A DNA stretch of 32,816 bases from Octopus bimaculoides (GCF_001194135.2 NC_068982.1:73400291-73433106), one strand, 5' to 3'; shown: positions 22,604-32,816, counted from the stretch's first letter. Program-made: numbers and translations. Notes: generated from the sequence alone by a model not told the origin.

Positions 22604-22749
22604 AAGCAAGCGTGGATGTGTGGTAAGAAGTTTGCTTCCCAACCACATGGTTCCAGGTCCAGTCTTCTACAAGCCTTTTCTACTATAGTTTTGGGCTCAT
22701 TAAAACATCGTAAGTGGATTGATAGAGGGAAACTGAAAAAAACCTGTCG

Positions 22750-22810
<61 letters not shown>

Positions 22811-23040
22811 TGCGCGCGTGTGCGTGTTTTTGTGTTTGTCCTTCACCAATGCTTGACAACCGGCGTTGGTGTGTTTGCGTTCTCGTTCGTAACTTAGCAG
22901 TTCGGCACGAGAGACCAAAAGAATACGCACCAGGCTTTAAAAAAGGTACTGGGGTAGATTCATTAGACTAAAAATTATTTAAGGTGGTGCCCCAACATGG
23001 CCACAGTCTACTGATTGAAACAAGTAGAAGATAAAAGATA
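22604..23040 (+). mobile_element. SINE family A variant with internal deletion and long (TA)n
   Basis: Head gtggatgtgtggtaagaagtttgcttcccaaccacatggttccagg; tail gaaacaagtagaagataaaaga; lacks the ccttgggcaag segment. Confidence 0.8.
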
Positions 23041-24089
23041 AAATGTGTGCTCTTCGGTACCAAATAATCGTACGAAATATATCAGAAAACAATAAAACAA
23101 ACTTATTATTGACTAAATATGCATTTCTTGTCAAAATCTGTCCGACCATGAGGAAAGCCCCAGGAAAGTCTTCCTAACAGGCAAGTTGTTGATCTCTGTT
23201 GCACAGGACAGTAAAAACATCAGCACTTCAAGAGAAAAAAAAAAGTTGACAACGTGTTTGCTGGCTTAACACGGCTGGAAGGCAAGCAGAAAAATATCTG
23301 CTTTCTCTTTCTTGACCACTCGCTCATTTTTTTTGTTTTGTCCCTCTTTTTGATGTCCCCTTCTCGAAAATAATAGAATTGTATTGTATTGTATTATATT
23401 TTGTTCATATTGTTATTGGTTTATGGGGAATGTATTGTCATATTTTGTGGTTTGTTAGGAGTGTGTGTTAGTGTTCCATTCCAGTTTCAGGAAACGAGGA
23501 CTATTAAATATCAACTATTTTCAAAATTGTCACACATGAGTGACCTGCTGTCACGTAAACAAGAGCTTAGCGCGTATTTCAAACGGTTTTCTGTGTGAAC
23601 AGCAGTTATAACAAATTGATGAAATAAGGCTTTTATGGTACTTAATTACCGGTCTCTACGATTTGAATCATATCCTGCAGGGGTCATCTTACTATGATTT
23701 AACGGGGAACGAACAAGCATATGAAGAAAGCTCGTACGTTATATGTCGGGTTCCAGTTAATTGCAGGGTGGAATTGCAAGTGGTATAAAAACATGTTGAG
23801 GAGGGGTGGGCGTTGTATCTATGATGAGAAGAGTAATATATATTTTAACTTAGCAAATTGTTTCGTTATTATTCGATCCTTTAAAAATAGTAGCCAAATC
23901 ACTATAATATTACAGCTTACCGTCTTAAAAAGGGGTGTTTATCTGTCGATTGATTGATCGATCATCTATTAGCATAAACAGACACACACAGAAAGAGAGA
24001 GGGAGAGAGAGAAAACGAGAGAAAGAAATTATAAAGTATAAGTACGTAAAAATGTAAATGAATATCTGTCGGTTTCGACGAGTATTCCA

Positions 24090-24247
24090 GTTTGGTGAGG
24101 GTTATAGTAAAAAACTAGTTTCCCAACTATATGGTTCCAGGTTCAGTCCTACTGTGTAACACCTTGGGCAAGTGTTGGGCCGACCATAGCTTTGTGAATG
24201 AATTTGGTAGGCGGAAATTGAAATAAGCCCGTCGTGTGTGTGTGTGT
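24090..24247 (+). mobile_element. SINE family A, 5' half, degenerate
   Basis: ggttccaggttcagtcc...ccttgggcaagtg...gcccgtcgtgtgtg. Confidence 0.7.
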
Positions 24248-24697
24248 ACAGTATTATATATCAATTACGGCTAATCTTACCAATCGGTTTCGCACTAGGG
24301 GTTATTTATTCAAACCCTTTACATTTTGAGTTCAAATTTATCTTTTATCAGTCAAGCACGTTGGATTAGTATAACTTATTATTAGATGAAATACTTTGTC
24401 ATATTTATTTCGATGCTTTCTGTTCTAAATTTACGTGTAATAATGATGCCATCTTGGAAAGCTTTCAGTTTCGAAGTCCAGGACCATGCCTCGGAAGAGA
24501 CATAACTGATTTATGTCTCCAATTGTTAGCATACAGTATTCATCCTCAATATAAAGCAGTCAGAAAAAAAAAAGACTACATTCATATGTTTTCATAGCTA
24601 AAGCTTTCTAATATTTAGATATATTTAACTCCTGATTCAGTGTTGTGTATTATATATAAATATATACACATATTTATATGGATTTATGTACAAATTC

Positions 24698-24980
24698 GTG
24701 AAGGCATATGGCCTGGTGGCTAGGCGTGTGACACTCACCATCGTGGTTTTGATTCTCAGTCTGGGTGTGCGTTGTGTTCTTGAGTAAAACATTTCATTTC
24801 ACGTTGCTCCAGTCCACTCAACTGTAAATGGGTAACCCTTCGATGGACTGGCCTTCTGATCAGTGGATATGTTGGCCTAACTACCTAGCCAGCAGGGTGA
24901 CATCATTCGAAATCTAAAACTATGCAAAGCACATTGTGACCAGCGATGTATAACATCTAATAGCTTTGTAGATCACGTGA
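24698..24980 (+). mobile_element. tRNA-derived SINE family D
   Basis: Head gtgaaggcatatggcctggtggctagg; central ttgtgttcttgagtaaaacatttcatttcacgttgctccagtccactcaactg is shared with 32385-32497. Confidence 0.7.
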
Positions 24981-24986
24981 TGTATA

Positions 24987-25594
24987 TGTAGGAATGTGGC
25001 AGGCGTGAAGTGGATTCGATCCACTATACCCAAATTTGAATAGCTAGGCCGAAGCGGTGTCTCCACCACTTGACCCCTTGCTGACCCCTTCTACTCCATC
25101 TAGAATAGAGATAAACAAGACCGCCAGCTAAATCCTTTACACTCACTACCCTGCTTCATGGCTACGAAAACAGGAAACCTCCAAGCAAACTTCCTCTTGC
25201 TCTTTTTAGTCACCAGTGGTCACTTGACGTCTCATGGAGAAGGAAGCCTGTCTGACCAGCTACAACCTTGCCAGAGGGAGAGAGAAGTTTACTGTCAGCC
25301 ACTGTCAGACAACGTCGCACACATTATAACTCATACGAGCTCGCATCCTTTTCTCTATAACCCTACCANNNNNNNNNNGCTTCATGGCTACGAAAACAGG
25401 AAACCTCCAAGCAAACTTCCTCTTGCTCTTTTTAGTCACCAGTGGTCACTTGACGTCTCATGGAGAAGGAAGCCTGTCTGACCAGCTACAACCTTGCCAG
25501 AGGGAGAGAGAAGTTTACTGTCAGCCACTGTCAGACAACGTCGCACACATTATAACTCATACGAGCTCGCATCCTTTTCTCTATAACCCTACCA
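24987..25594. repeat. Possible solo LTR (includes a 216-bp assembly duplication)
   Basis: Starts tgtagg and ends cctacca; no TSD found. Confidence 0.25.
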
Positions 25595-26108
25595 TCTCTC
25601 TCTATATATAAATACTACTATGAAAAAGTGTACATACAGATACAGGCCGAAATTCTTAATCTTGCATGTTTTATATACAAACTGTTATACTATTACGCTG
25701 GCCTACCCGTCGTGGTATGGCAACATATAAAGTAACGGTAAATAAACATTTCTATAAAAATGTTGATCATCTTCATCGTTCAATCAATAACCGTTACAAT
25801 TGGTGACCCTCCAACGTTAACATCCATCAACCGTTACATGTGTGTATATGTATATACGTGTATGATGCATATTTTCCAATGATGATCTCATCCTGGAGAA
25901 AACTTTTGCAAGTGAACTTGGATCAAAACTCAGCTTGAAATATGTGACTATTTCTCAATCTTGGTTAACAGAAATGGGAAGAAAAGTTAAGTAAAGATAT
26001 GTTAAAAAAAAGTAAAGCTAATTGAAAATAAACAAAAAGTAAAGGGTAGAAACAGTGATTTTAATTGTTCTAAGAAGTAATTTCAACCCATCTTCAATGA
26101 CCAGAATT

Positions 26109-26296
26109 CATCATTATGATCACTATTTAACGATCATGTTCCATATTGGCATAGGTTAGATGGTTTGACAGAATTCGATGGGTTCAGGGAATGTATCGTA
26201 GTCTATCGGTTTGGCATGGTTTCCATGGCTGGATACTCTTCCTAATGTGAACCAGTTTACAGTGCTTTCTTCGTGGCACCAGCAATAGTGAGGTTA
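26109..26296 (-). mobile_element. Degenerate RTE tail-only element
   Basis: Reverse complement has cattaggaagagtatccagcc...cctatgccaatatggaac...gttaaat...atgatg. Confidence 0.65.
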
Positions 26297-26339
26297 CTAC
26301 GCAGCTTGCAAGAGTGCGATCCTGAATAGGCATCTCGTC

Positions 26340-27900
26340 ATCTGTCTGTTGCTCATAGCAAAGGTGAGTGGTTTGTGATCCGTGAATACTGTAAACGTGC
26401 GGCCTTCAAGGAAATAGGGAAAGTGGCAGACACCTAGATGGACAGCCAGTAGTTCCCTGTCGAAAGCACTGTATTTCTGTTCAGGGGGTCGTAGTTGGCT
26501 GAAGAAGGCGAGCGGTCGCCACTGACTGTTGATGTGTTGTTCCAAAGCACCCCCAATGGCTATGTCGGATGCGTCAACTGTGAGTGCAGTCCAAGCTGAT
26601 ATATGAGGATGGGACATCATGGTTGCTTGAGCCAGGGCTTGTTTTGTAGATTCGAAGGCTGAAGTCATTGTACTATCCCACTCCATCTGTCTTTTTTAAC
26701 CATGTTTTGACAGTGCCTTGTATAGGGGTCTCATCCTTTTTACTGCAGAAGGGATGAAGAGATGGTAAAAGTTTACCATGCCCACGAATTTATATAGAGC
26801 CTTGTTTGTGGTGGAGCGTGGAAAAGATAGGATAGCTTTTACTTTTTCTGGTAGGGGTGTAACGCCGGCACTTGTGATTCGATGTCCCAAAAAGTCGATT
26901 TCTGTCGTACCAAAAACGCACTTGGCGGGGTTGATTACTAAACCATACTGTTCCAGCCTATCAAAAAGAATCATTAGGTGCTTATGTAGCTCTGCGTTTG
27001 GGCTTGCAATAAGAATATCATCTAAGTATGCAGAGACAAAATCGAGACCTCTGCACACAGTGTCCAACAGGCGTTGGAAGGATTGTGCCGCGTTTTTCAG
27101 CCCAAGGGGTGTACGTAGGGATTCACCCAGACCGACAGGAGTGATCACAGCTGTTTTCGGTACATCGTCGTCTTGTACTGGTATTTGGTGGTATCTCCGA
27201 ATGAGGTCAACCTTGAAGAAAACCGAGCACCCGGCTAGCTGGGCTGAAAAATCCTGTATGGAATGGGGTAGCGGTCAGGTGTCGTATCCGCGTTGAGACG
27301 GCAATAATCTCCGCAGGGTCGATAACTTCCGTTGGATTTAGAGGCCACATGCAGGGAGGATGACCAGGGACTGCTTGATCGGTGAACTATGCCCAATGCC
27401 TCCATATTGTCGAACTTGGCCTTTGCGATTGTAAGTTTATCTGGTGATAGACGTGCGCGGTTGTGCACTGAGGTGGGGGGCGGTGGTGGAGATGTGGTGT
27501 GTCACCCCGTGGCGGGTTGTAGGTTTGGAGAATATCGGATTGGGGCGACTTACAAGAAGATCCGAGAATTCATTCTTGGTCTGCGAGTTGGTTTCTATGA
27601 TGGGGGCGGTATGTGCAGATGTTGCAAGAGGCACGGAAGCGTATGTGTTGTTGTCGAGGAGTCCTCTTCCCCGCAAGTCAACCAGTAACAAGTGTGCTCG
27701 AAGAAAGTCTGCACCGATTATGGGCTGATGGATATCGGTGATGGTGAATGCCCATGTGTATTTTTGTGAGCCGATGTTGAGAGAAAGGGTGCGACGACTG
27801 TATGTCTCAATTGTGAACTCGTTTGCGGCGATCGCGGACACAGAGGAGCATTTGGTCATGTCTGCCGGACACCAGGACGTTCAATGGCGGTCGTCCCTGG
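26340..27900 (-). pseudogene. pol: Ty3/gypsy pol: protease (active site deleted), RT and RNase H; integrase missing; frameshifts
   Basis: PIIGADFL, SSPWSSSLH, RPCGDYCRLN..T.PDRYPIP, LKNAAQSFQR, AYLDDILIAS, DFLGH, DASDIAIGGALEQ, PLAFFS, KYSAFDRELLA, FTDHKPL. Confidence 0.95.
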
Positions 27901-27929
27901 GCCACTGGTGAAGGGGTCCCGAAGCTACA

Positions 27930-28509
27930 TGGTTGTTTGCACTTTGTCGCCTTTTCCCGTACTTTGCGTGGTAGAAGCACAGGTCATCATGCTTAACCCT
28001 ACCCTGTCTCGGGGCCGACCCTATGGCGTTGACCATGACAGCACTGGATAAAAAATGTAGTCAGCTGCCTTTGCTAATTGCCGCAGGTCCTTGATTTCGG
28101 TCTGAGTTATGAGGGCCTGGACCTGGGGTGGCAGCTTGCGGAGGAATATTTCCTTAAACAAAAAGGGAGGGGGAACTAATACCAACATCCTGTCCATCAG
28201 TTCCGAAGGCTTGGAATTGCCTAATTCCTCCTCCAGTATCTTGGCTGCCGCTTCTCTTTCACTGCGTCGGATTGTATCCACTAGCCTATCTTTCAATATG
28301 GCGTATTTTTTCGTTGGTGGGGGTTGGGTTAAAATGACCAGCACCCTCGTTGCCGTATCTTCGTCTTGTGCCGCTACAACGTGCGAGTACTTCGTTTGGT
28401 CGGCCGTTACCTTGTTTATATGGAATTGAGCTTCCGCCTGCGCCAACCATAGTTCAGCCCTCTTAGGCCAGAACTATGGTAGCCTCAGTGGTGTTTTGTT
28501 GCTAGCCAT
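27930..28509 (-). pseudogene. gag: Ty3/gypsy gag of CsRn1 type (stop near N-terminus, decayed CHCC knuckle)
   Basis: MASNKTPLRLP*FWPKRAELWLAQAEAQF...TKYSHVVAA...LGNSKPSELMDRM...FLRKLP; LCFYHAKYG knuckle remnant near 27960-27985. Confidence 0.85.
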
Positions 28510-28541
28510 GTTTGTTTCGATAGCGAGGGCTGTTGTTCTAT

Positions 28542-28555
28542 CGTCGGGGTCACCA
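28542..28555 (-). promoter_or_regulatory. Primer binding site complementary to tRNA-Trp
   Basis: Minus strand TGGTGACCCCGACG; the plus strand cgtcggggtcacca equals the tRNA-Trp 3' end including CCA; it sits directly after the LTR. Confidence 0.85.
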
Positions 28556-28768
28556 GTTATAGCTTTGTTAAGCTATACGCAAATAAACGAAGAGACGAGA
28601 ATACATTTATCAAAGGTTTATTACTTGACGTACATCAGGGCTTAAGTCGCCAGTTATTCCTGTTTAGTTCATTCAGATTGGTTTCACACTCACTGTTGAC
28701 ATTTGTTTTTTCCTTCTCCTACCAGAAGTTTCTGTCTACAGTTCATCTGTCACGAATCCTACCCTACA
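28556..28768 (-). mobile_element. 5' LTR of the gypsy element (~213 bp)
   Basis: Begins TGTAGGGTAGG, contains aataaa, and ends gctataac immediately before the PBS. Confidence 0.75.
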
Positions 28769-28964
28769 TGGTGACCTTTCTGGTAGCTTTAGCCTTTTGG
28801 GGTTTGGTAACCTTCTTGGACTTAGTAACTTTCTTTAGAGATTTGCTCTTTTGAGGTTTAACAACCCTAGGTTTCTTCTCCCGATAAGTCGAAGCTTTCT
28901 TCTCTTTGGCACTTTTCTTCACCTTCGTCTTAGTCATGCTGATTTCGCTCGATAAAGGCGATGG
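28769..28964 (-). other. Lys-rich histone H1/PL-like tail-coding segment
   Basis: TKTKVKKSAKEKK...KSKSLKKVTKSKKVTKPQKAKATRKVT has 21 K and 3 R in 55 aa, with decayed SPKK/KPKK-like motifs. Confidence 0.5.
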
Positions 28965-29420
28965 TAGCTGTCTGGGAACAAACTTTGCCCCAATGTTGCG
29001 CATGTTCAGATCTTCATGAATAATTCTGCCTACAGTAGCCACCCCAATTCCAAACTGTGCGCTTATTGTCTTTATAGACACAGGACGGTCTTCATCCAAA
29101 AAATTTGCAATTTTCTCAACCAACACTGATGTTCTAATGTCCCTCCCCATCCCAATGTCTCTCACCTCCTCTCTACCGCCCTTGAACCTTTTGTACCAGC
29201 GAAAAACGTGCTCGCTTCATACTTCCATAAGTAAACTGGAGCATTTTTACCCAGTTTAATACAATATTTTATTGCAGAGCGAGCATTCAAATTGTCTTCG
29301 CGTCCCAACTGCATCTTGTAAGCTTGTCAGCTGTGACAAGCAGTGTCTAGTACGGTGCATGCAAGGAGATGTCTCCCTGAATCTAGAATTTAAAAAATGT
29401 TGGCATGTCAGATTATTACG
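28965..29420 (-). mobile_element. Mariner transposase N-terminal fragment (HTH domains, frameshifted)
   Basis: ATG at 29314: R.AIKYCIKLGKNA / HVFRWYKRFKGGREEVRD..GR / EDRPVSIKTISAQFGIGVATVGRIIHEDLNMRNIGAKFVPRQL (WVPR linker equivalent). Confidence 0.85.
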
Positions 29421-30299
29421 TGTATAGAGATGAAATATTAAAATTACTATAATCTAGGAAAGTTATGATTGCCTCTCCTAAAATAGTCTTAAAACTTCTG
29501 GAATGCACATCAGACGAGATGAGTAATAATACGTCACACAATAACACACTTGCTATAAATAAACAACGCACCGACGTAGTAGTAAACACACAAGACTCGT
29601 GTTTTCTCTTAGTATCAAAATGGCAGCTTGTTGACATCGTGTGTGTTTCTTCGTTGTGCTTTAATTGCTTTGCTGCCTGGTTTACAAATAAAAACTTACC
29701 TTTCTAATGCAGTGGAAATAAATTATGGAATTCAGGTTAATGTTTCATGAAAACTAAACATCTGTTACGAGTAACTTGCCAATATTATTATCATTAACAT
29801 AAGATGTTGTCAGTGTGTTAGGTTGTCGATAGGCTTCAATGAAACTTTAAATTACATAAATATATATCAATGTTATGTCTTCCAATCTTTAGATATGAAA
29901 GTATATTCATGCTGTTATATATTAAGTTGAATATTTGAATGAATCGAGGAAAAATAAAACAAGTGTAATGGAACTGTTTACAACTAGAAACACAGTTCAG
30001 CATCCCGCTGCCGCCATATTTCTGATATGCGTTTAAGAAATAAGAATGATATTTCTAAGTTTCATTCTCAGTGCATTTACGATTTCTTTCTTTAGTAAAA
30101 CTTATTGAATACCTTTTACATTTTAATTAGAAATCTTTATCAACTTGTTTAGTTAATAATAAACACTCTACAAGGCTATCATCAGCATAAATGTTAATGT
30201 TTGTATCATAAGAATTTTCACAACCACTGAAAAATGTTCACATCGAACGATATTACAGAACTGAACTAGGTCATTTTTCACAGGAATTTTCAATTGGCC

Positions 30300-30361
30300 G
30301 GATAACTGAAGAGATGTTGGCGTGGGCTCCCAACCTGGCATCCGAAACTCGGAGTTTTATC
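30300..30361 (+). ncRNA. Type I hammerhead ribozyme motif (HHR5)
   Basis: ggataa-CTGAAGA-gatgttgg-[13 nt]-ctggcatc-c-GAAAC-tcgga-GTT^ttatac. Stem I ggataa/ttatac, 8-bp stem II with wobbles, near-palindromic AAACTC-G-GAGTTT. Confidence 0.65.
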
Positions 30362-30391
30362 ATGGCTACTGAATAAGTGTCACATTTTTAC

Positions 30392-30428
<37 letters not shown>

Positions 30429-30699
30429 TCTTAAAAGAGAAAGAGTAGAAATGTATAAAATATGAGAGAAAAGGACTGGAGCAGAACAGATTCCTTGTAG
30501 AAGAGTTACATGAATACTCACACTTTACAAGCAATGTAAGGGATGGGGGATGTGGGGGAACTGAAAAGTGGTATAATTCGTATACACACACACACATATA
30601 TGGACAGAATCATAAAAAGAAAAATGTTTCAGGGTAAAATTACTGATGGTGAAAATGCTAGCTTTTTTTTCTTTCCTTCTGCCAGTTCTGGATGAGAGA

Positions 30700-31130
30700 G
30701 CAGTGTCCATGATGTTTGTAGGCTCTTGAAAACTGGTGAAATTGATGCCATTAATATTCTTCTTGAACTTTTGTAAATCAATGACTGTGGGAAAGACATG
30801 AGAAGGGAATTCCAGGAGCAGTTGATGTTCTGGGAAGAATGGACTGAGCGTAGTGATTAGTGTGAGATCTGTGGAGGGGGGGGGGAGTGGACACAAGGTG
30901 GATGGGAGGAAGAGAGAGAAGTGGGCTGAGAATGTTTGAGTGAAGATGGCATCAACTCAGCCACTTCTGAAGAGCAGAGGCCATTACAGAAGTAGTTGAA
31001 AAAGTAGGAAGAGAAGACAGCATGCCTGTGAGCCAAAAGTTAGAGCATGCCTGTGATTTTACACTGAAAGTATATGAAAAAAGGATGGAAAAAAAAAACA
31101 TGATAGAATTAAATGAACCATTTTGTTTTT
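30700..31130 (-). pseudogene. CR1/Jockey-group LINE 3' end remnant
   Basis: LSPFFPEHQLLLEFPSHVFPTVIDLQKFKKNINGI resembles the SFF.R...LWN.LP..VFP...LQ.FK..VN C-terminus. Confidence 0.5.
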
Positions 31131-31139
31131 GCAATAAAT

Positions 31140-31293
31140 TTTATAACGAATGTGACTCCCTAGACCTATAACCACATTTGAAATGTTTCTTGGAAATGTT
31201 CACACTCTGTTCCGCCCTCAAGTGATCGAACTCGGGACAATGTGGTTACAAAGCGAACTTATTACCTACAGAGCCATACATGCAATCATAGTA
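31140..31293 (-). mobile_element. Degenerate SINE family A head
   Basis: tggctctgtaggtaataagttcgctttgtaaccacattgtcccgagttcgatc. Confidence 0.5.
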
Positions 31294-31478
31294 CCTCTAC
31301 TACCTTTTACAAGTGCATTAAGATGTGTCATGTGAGTAGCTACTATCATCAGGGTCCATGGTACTCCATTGCTTCCATTTTTCACAATGTTGGCTTGTAC
31401 TGCCTCATGTTGCCTTTACTGGACAGTATGCAATTGAAGAGGTGGTGAGAGTTAGGTTAAGTTATTTAATCAAATATG

Positions 31479-32262
31479 CGAGCGAGATCGTTGCCAGTGC
31501 CCCTGGACTGGCTCTTGTACAGGTGGCACATAAAATACACCATTTTGAGCGTGGCCGTTGCCAGTAACGCCTGACTGGCCTTCGTAGGATTTTCGAGCGA
31601 GATCGTTGCCAGTGCCCCTGGACTGGCTCTTGTGCGGGTGGCACATAAAATACACCATTTTGAGCGTGGCCNNNNNNNNNNNNNNNNNNNNNNNNNNNNN
31701 NNNNNNNNNNNNNNNNNNNNNNNNNNNNNNNNNNNNNNNNNNNNNNNNNNNNNNNNNNNNNNNNNNNNNNNNNNNNNNNNNNNNNNNNNNNNNNNNNNNN
31801 NNNNNNNNNNNNNNNNNNNNNNNNNNNNNNNNNNNNNNNNNNNNNNNNNNNNNNNNNNNNNNNNNNNNNNNNNNNNNNNNNNNNNNNNNNNNNNNNNNNN
31901 NNNNNNNNNNNNNNNNNNNNNNNCCGTTGCCAGTACCGCCTGACTGGCCTTCGTAGGATCTTCGAGCGAGATCGTTGCCAGTGTCCCTGGACTGGCTCTT
32001 GTGCAGGTGGCACATAAAATACACCATTTTGAGAGTGGCCGTTGCCAGTACCGCCTGACTGGCCTTCGTGCGGGTGACACGTAAAAGCACCCACTACATT
32101 CTCTGAGTGGTTGGCGTTAGGAAGGGCATCCAGCTGTAGAAACTCTGCCAGATCAGATTGGAGCCTGGTGTAGCCATCCGGTTTCACCAGTGTTCAGTCA
32201 AATCGTCCAACCCATGCTAGCATGGAAAGCGGACGTTAAACGACGACGATGATGATGATGAT
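31479..32262 (+). mobile_element. RTE tail element with tandem array of 115-bp units (array interrupted by a gap)
   Basis: cgagcgagatcg recurs at 31479, 31594 and 31963; ends ccatgctagcatgg...(gat)n. Confidence 0.85.
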
Positions 32263-32384
32263 GTAAGGGAAAATGTGTAATCAAATATGTAAGGGAAAAT
32301 GTGTAATAAATCAACCTGGCTGTATACCTCTGATTCTCTTCCTTCAAGAACCTTCATAAGTGCCTAGATCCAGTCCTTGCATTA

Positions 32385-32497
32385 AGAGACATAATCGCAA
32401 ATAGTGGTTTTGATTCCCAGAAAGGGTGGTGTATTGTGTTCTTGAGCAAACACTTCATTTCATGTTACTCCAGTCAACTCAGCTTTAAATGAGTAAC
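32385..32497 (+). mobile_element. SINE family D fragment
   Basis: ggttttgattccc...ttgtgttcttgagcaaacacttcatttcatgttactccagtcaactcagc. Confidence 0.6.
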
Positions 32498-32816
32498 TTC
32501 AATTTTTAAGTACTCTCCAACCGGAAAGTCCGACAAGCAAAGATCCACTTTCTAAGTCCAAATTACCAAAAAATTTTTAAAAGTGTCATTTTGTTGTCAT
32601 GTGTGCAAAATGACTAATTTTTACCTACCCCTCTTAATTCCAAAAGACCCTCAACTACATGTACACTTTCTGTCACAGATGCGCTGACAGAGGGTATTTA
32701 TTTTTGGAAAATTGAAATTTTACAAAATTTTTTTCAGCGGGGTGATTAAAATTTTGAAATGCGGATTTCTTTGCAGATTTGGAATCTCCAGTCAAAAGTG
32801 GGTTTCTATAGAAAAA

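Noticed and set aside
25153-25594. 216-bp perfect tandem duplication and twin ORFs MATKTGNLQ...
   Set aside because: Identical copies separated by 10 Ns; assembly artefact, and the ORF has no recognisable motif.
30090-30186. CTGATGA on the minus strand with a distant GAAATCGTA
   Set aside because: No credible stem I or stem II. The CTGATGA hits at 11757 and 12170 likewise lack a GAAA partner.
31479-32060. CRISPR-like regular repeats
   Set aside because: The whole unit repeats with no unique spacers, the context is eukaryotic and there are no cas genes.

Overview
AT-rich eukaryotic non-coding DNA from a gapped draft assembly. The SINE and RTE-tail families look like those of Octopus (inference, no database search). 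No intact protein-coding gene is supported. The window is a mosaic of transposable-element remnants: several tRNA-derived SINE families, an RTE LINE 3' end with many tail-only derivatives, R4/Dong and CR1/Jockey-group RT fragments, a Penelope-like GIY-YIG remnant, hAT and Tc1/mariner pieces, and a 3'-truncated CsRn1-type Ty3/gypsy element (5' LTR, tRNA-Trp PBS, gag, pro, RT, RNase H). The most interesting signal is a set of type I hammerhead ribozyme (HHR) motifs from at least four sequence families: five complete-looking motifs, one half motif and two degenerate candidates. They have minimal, self-complementary stem III regions, and most end in (TA)n tracts. Two face outward in a ~245-bp-arm inverted repeat next to the Penelope remnant. 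A second highlight is an in-frame join of a mariner DNA-binding domain to a Lys-rich histone-H1-like tail, cut off by the gypsy LTR. All structures were read by eye; none was folded or searched computationally.
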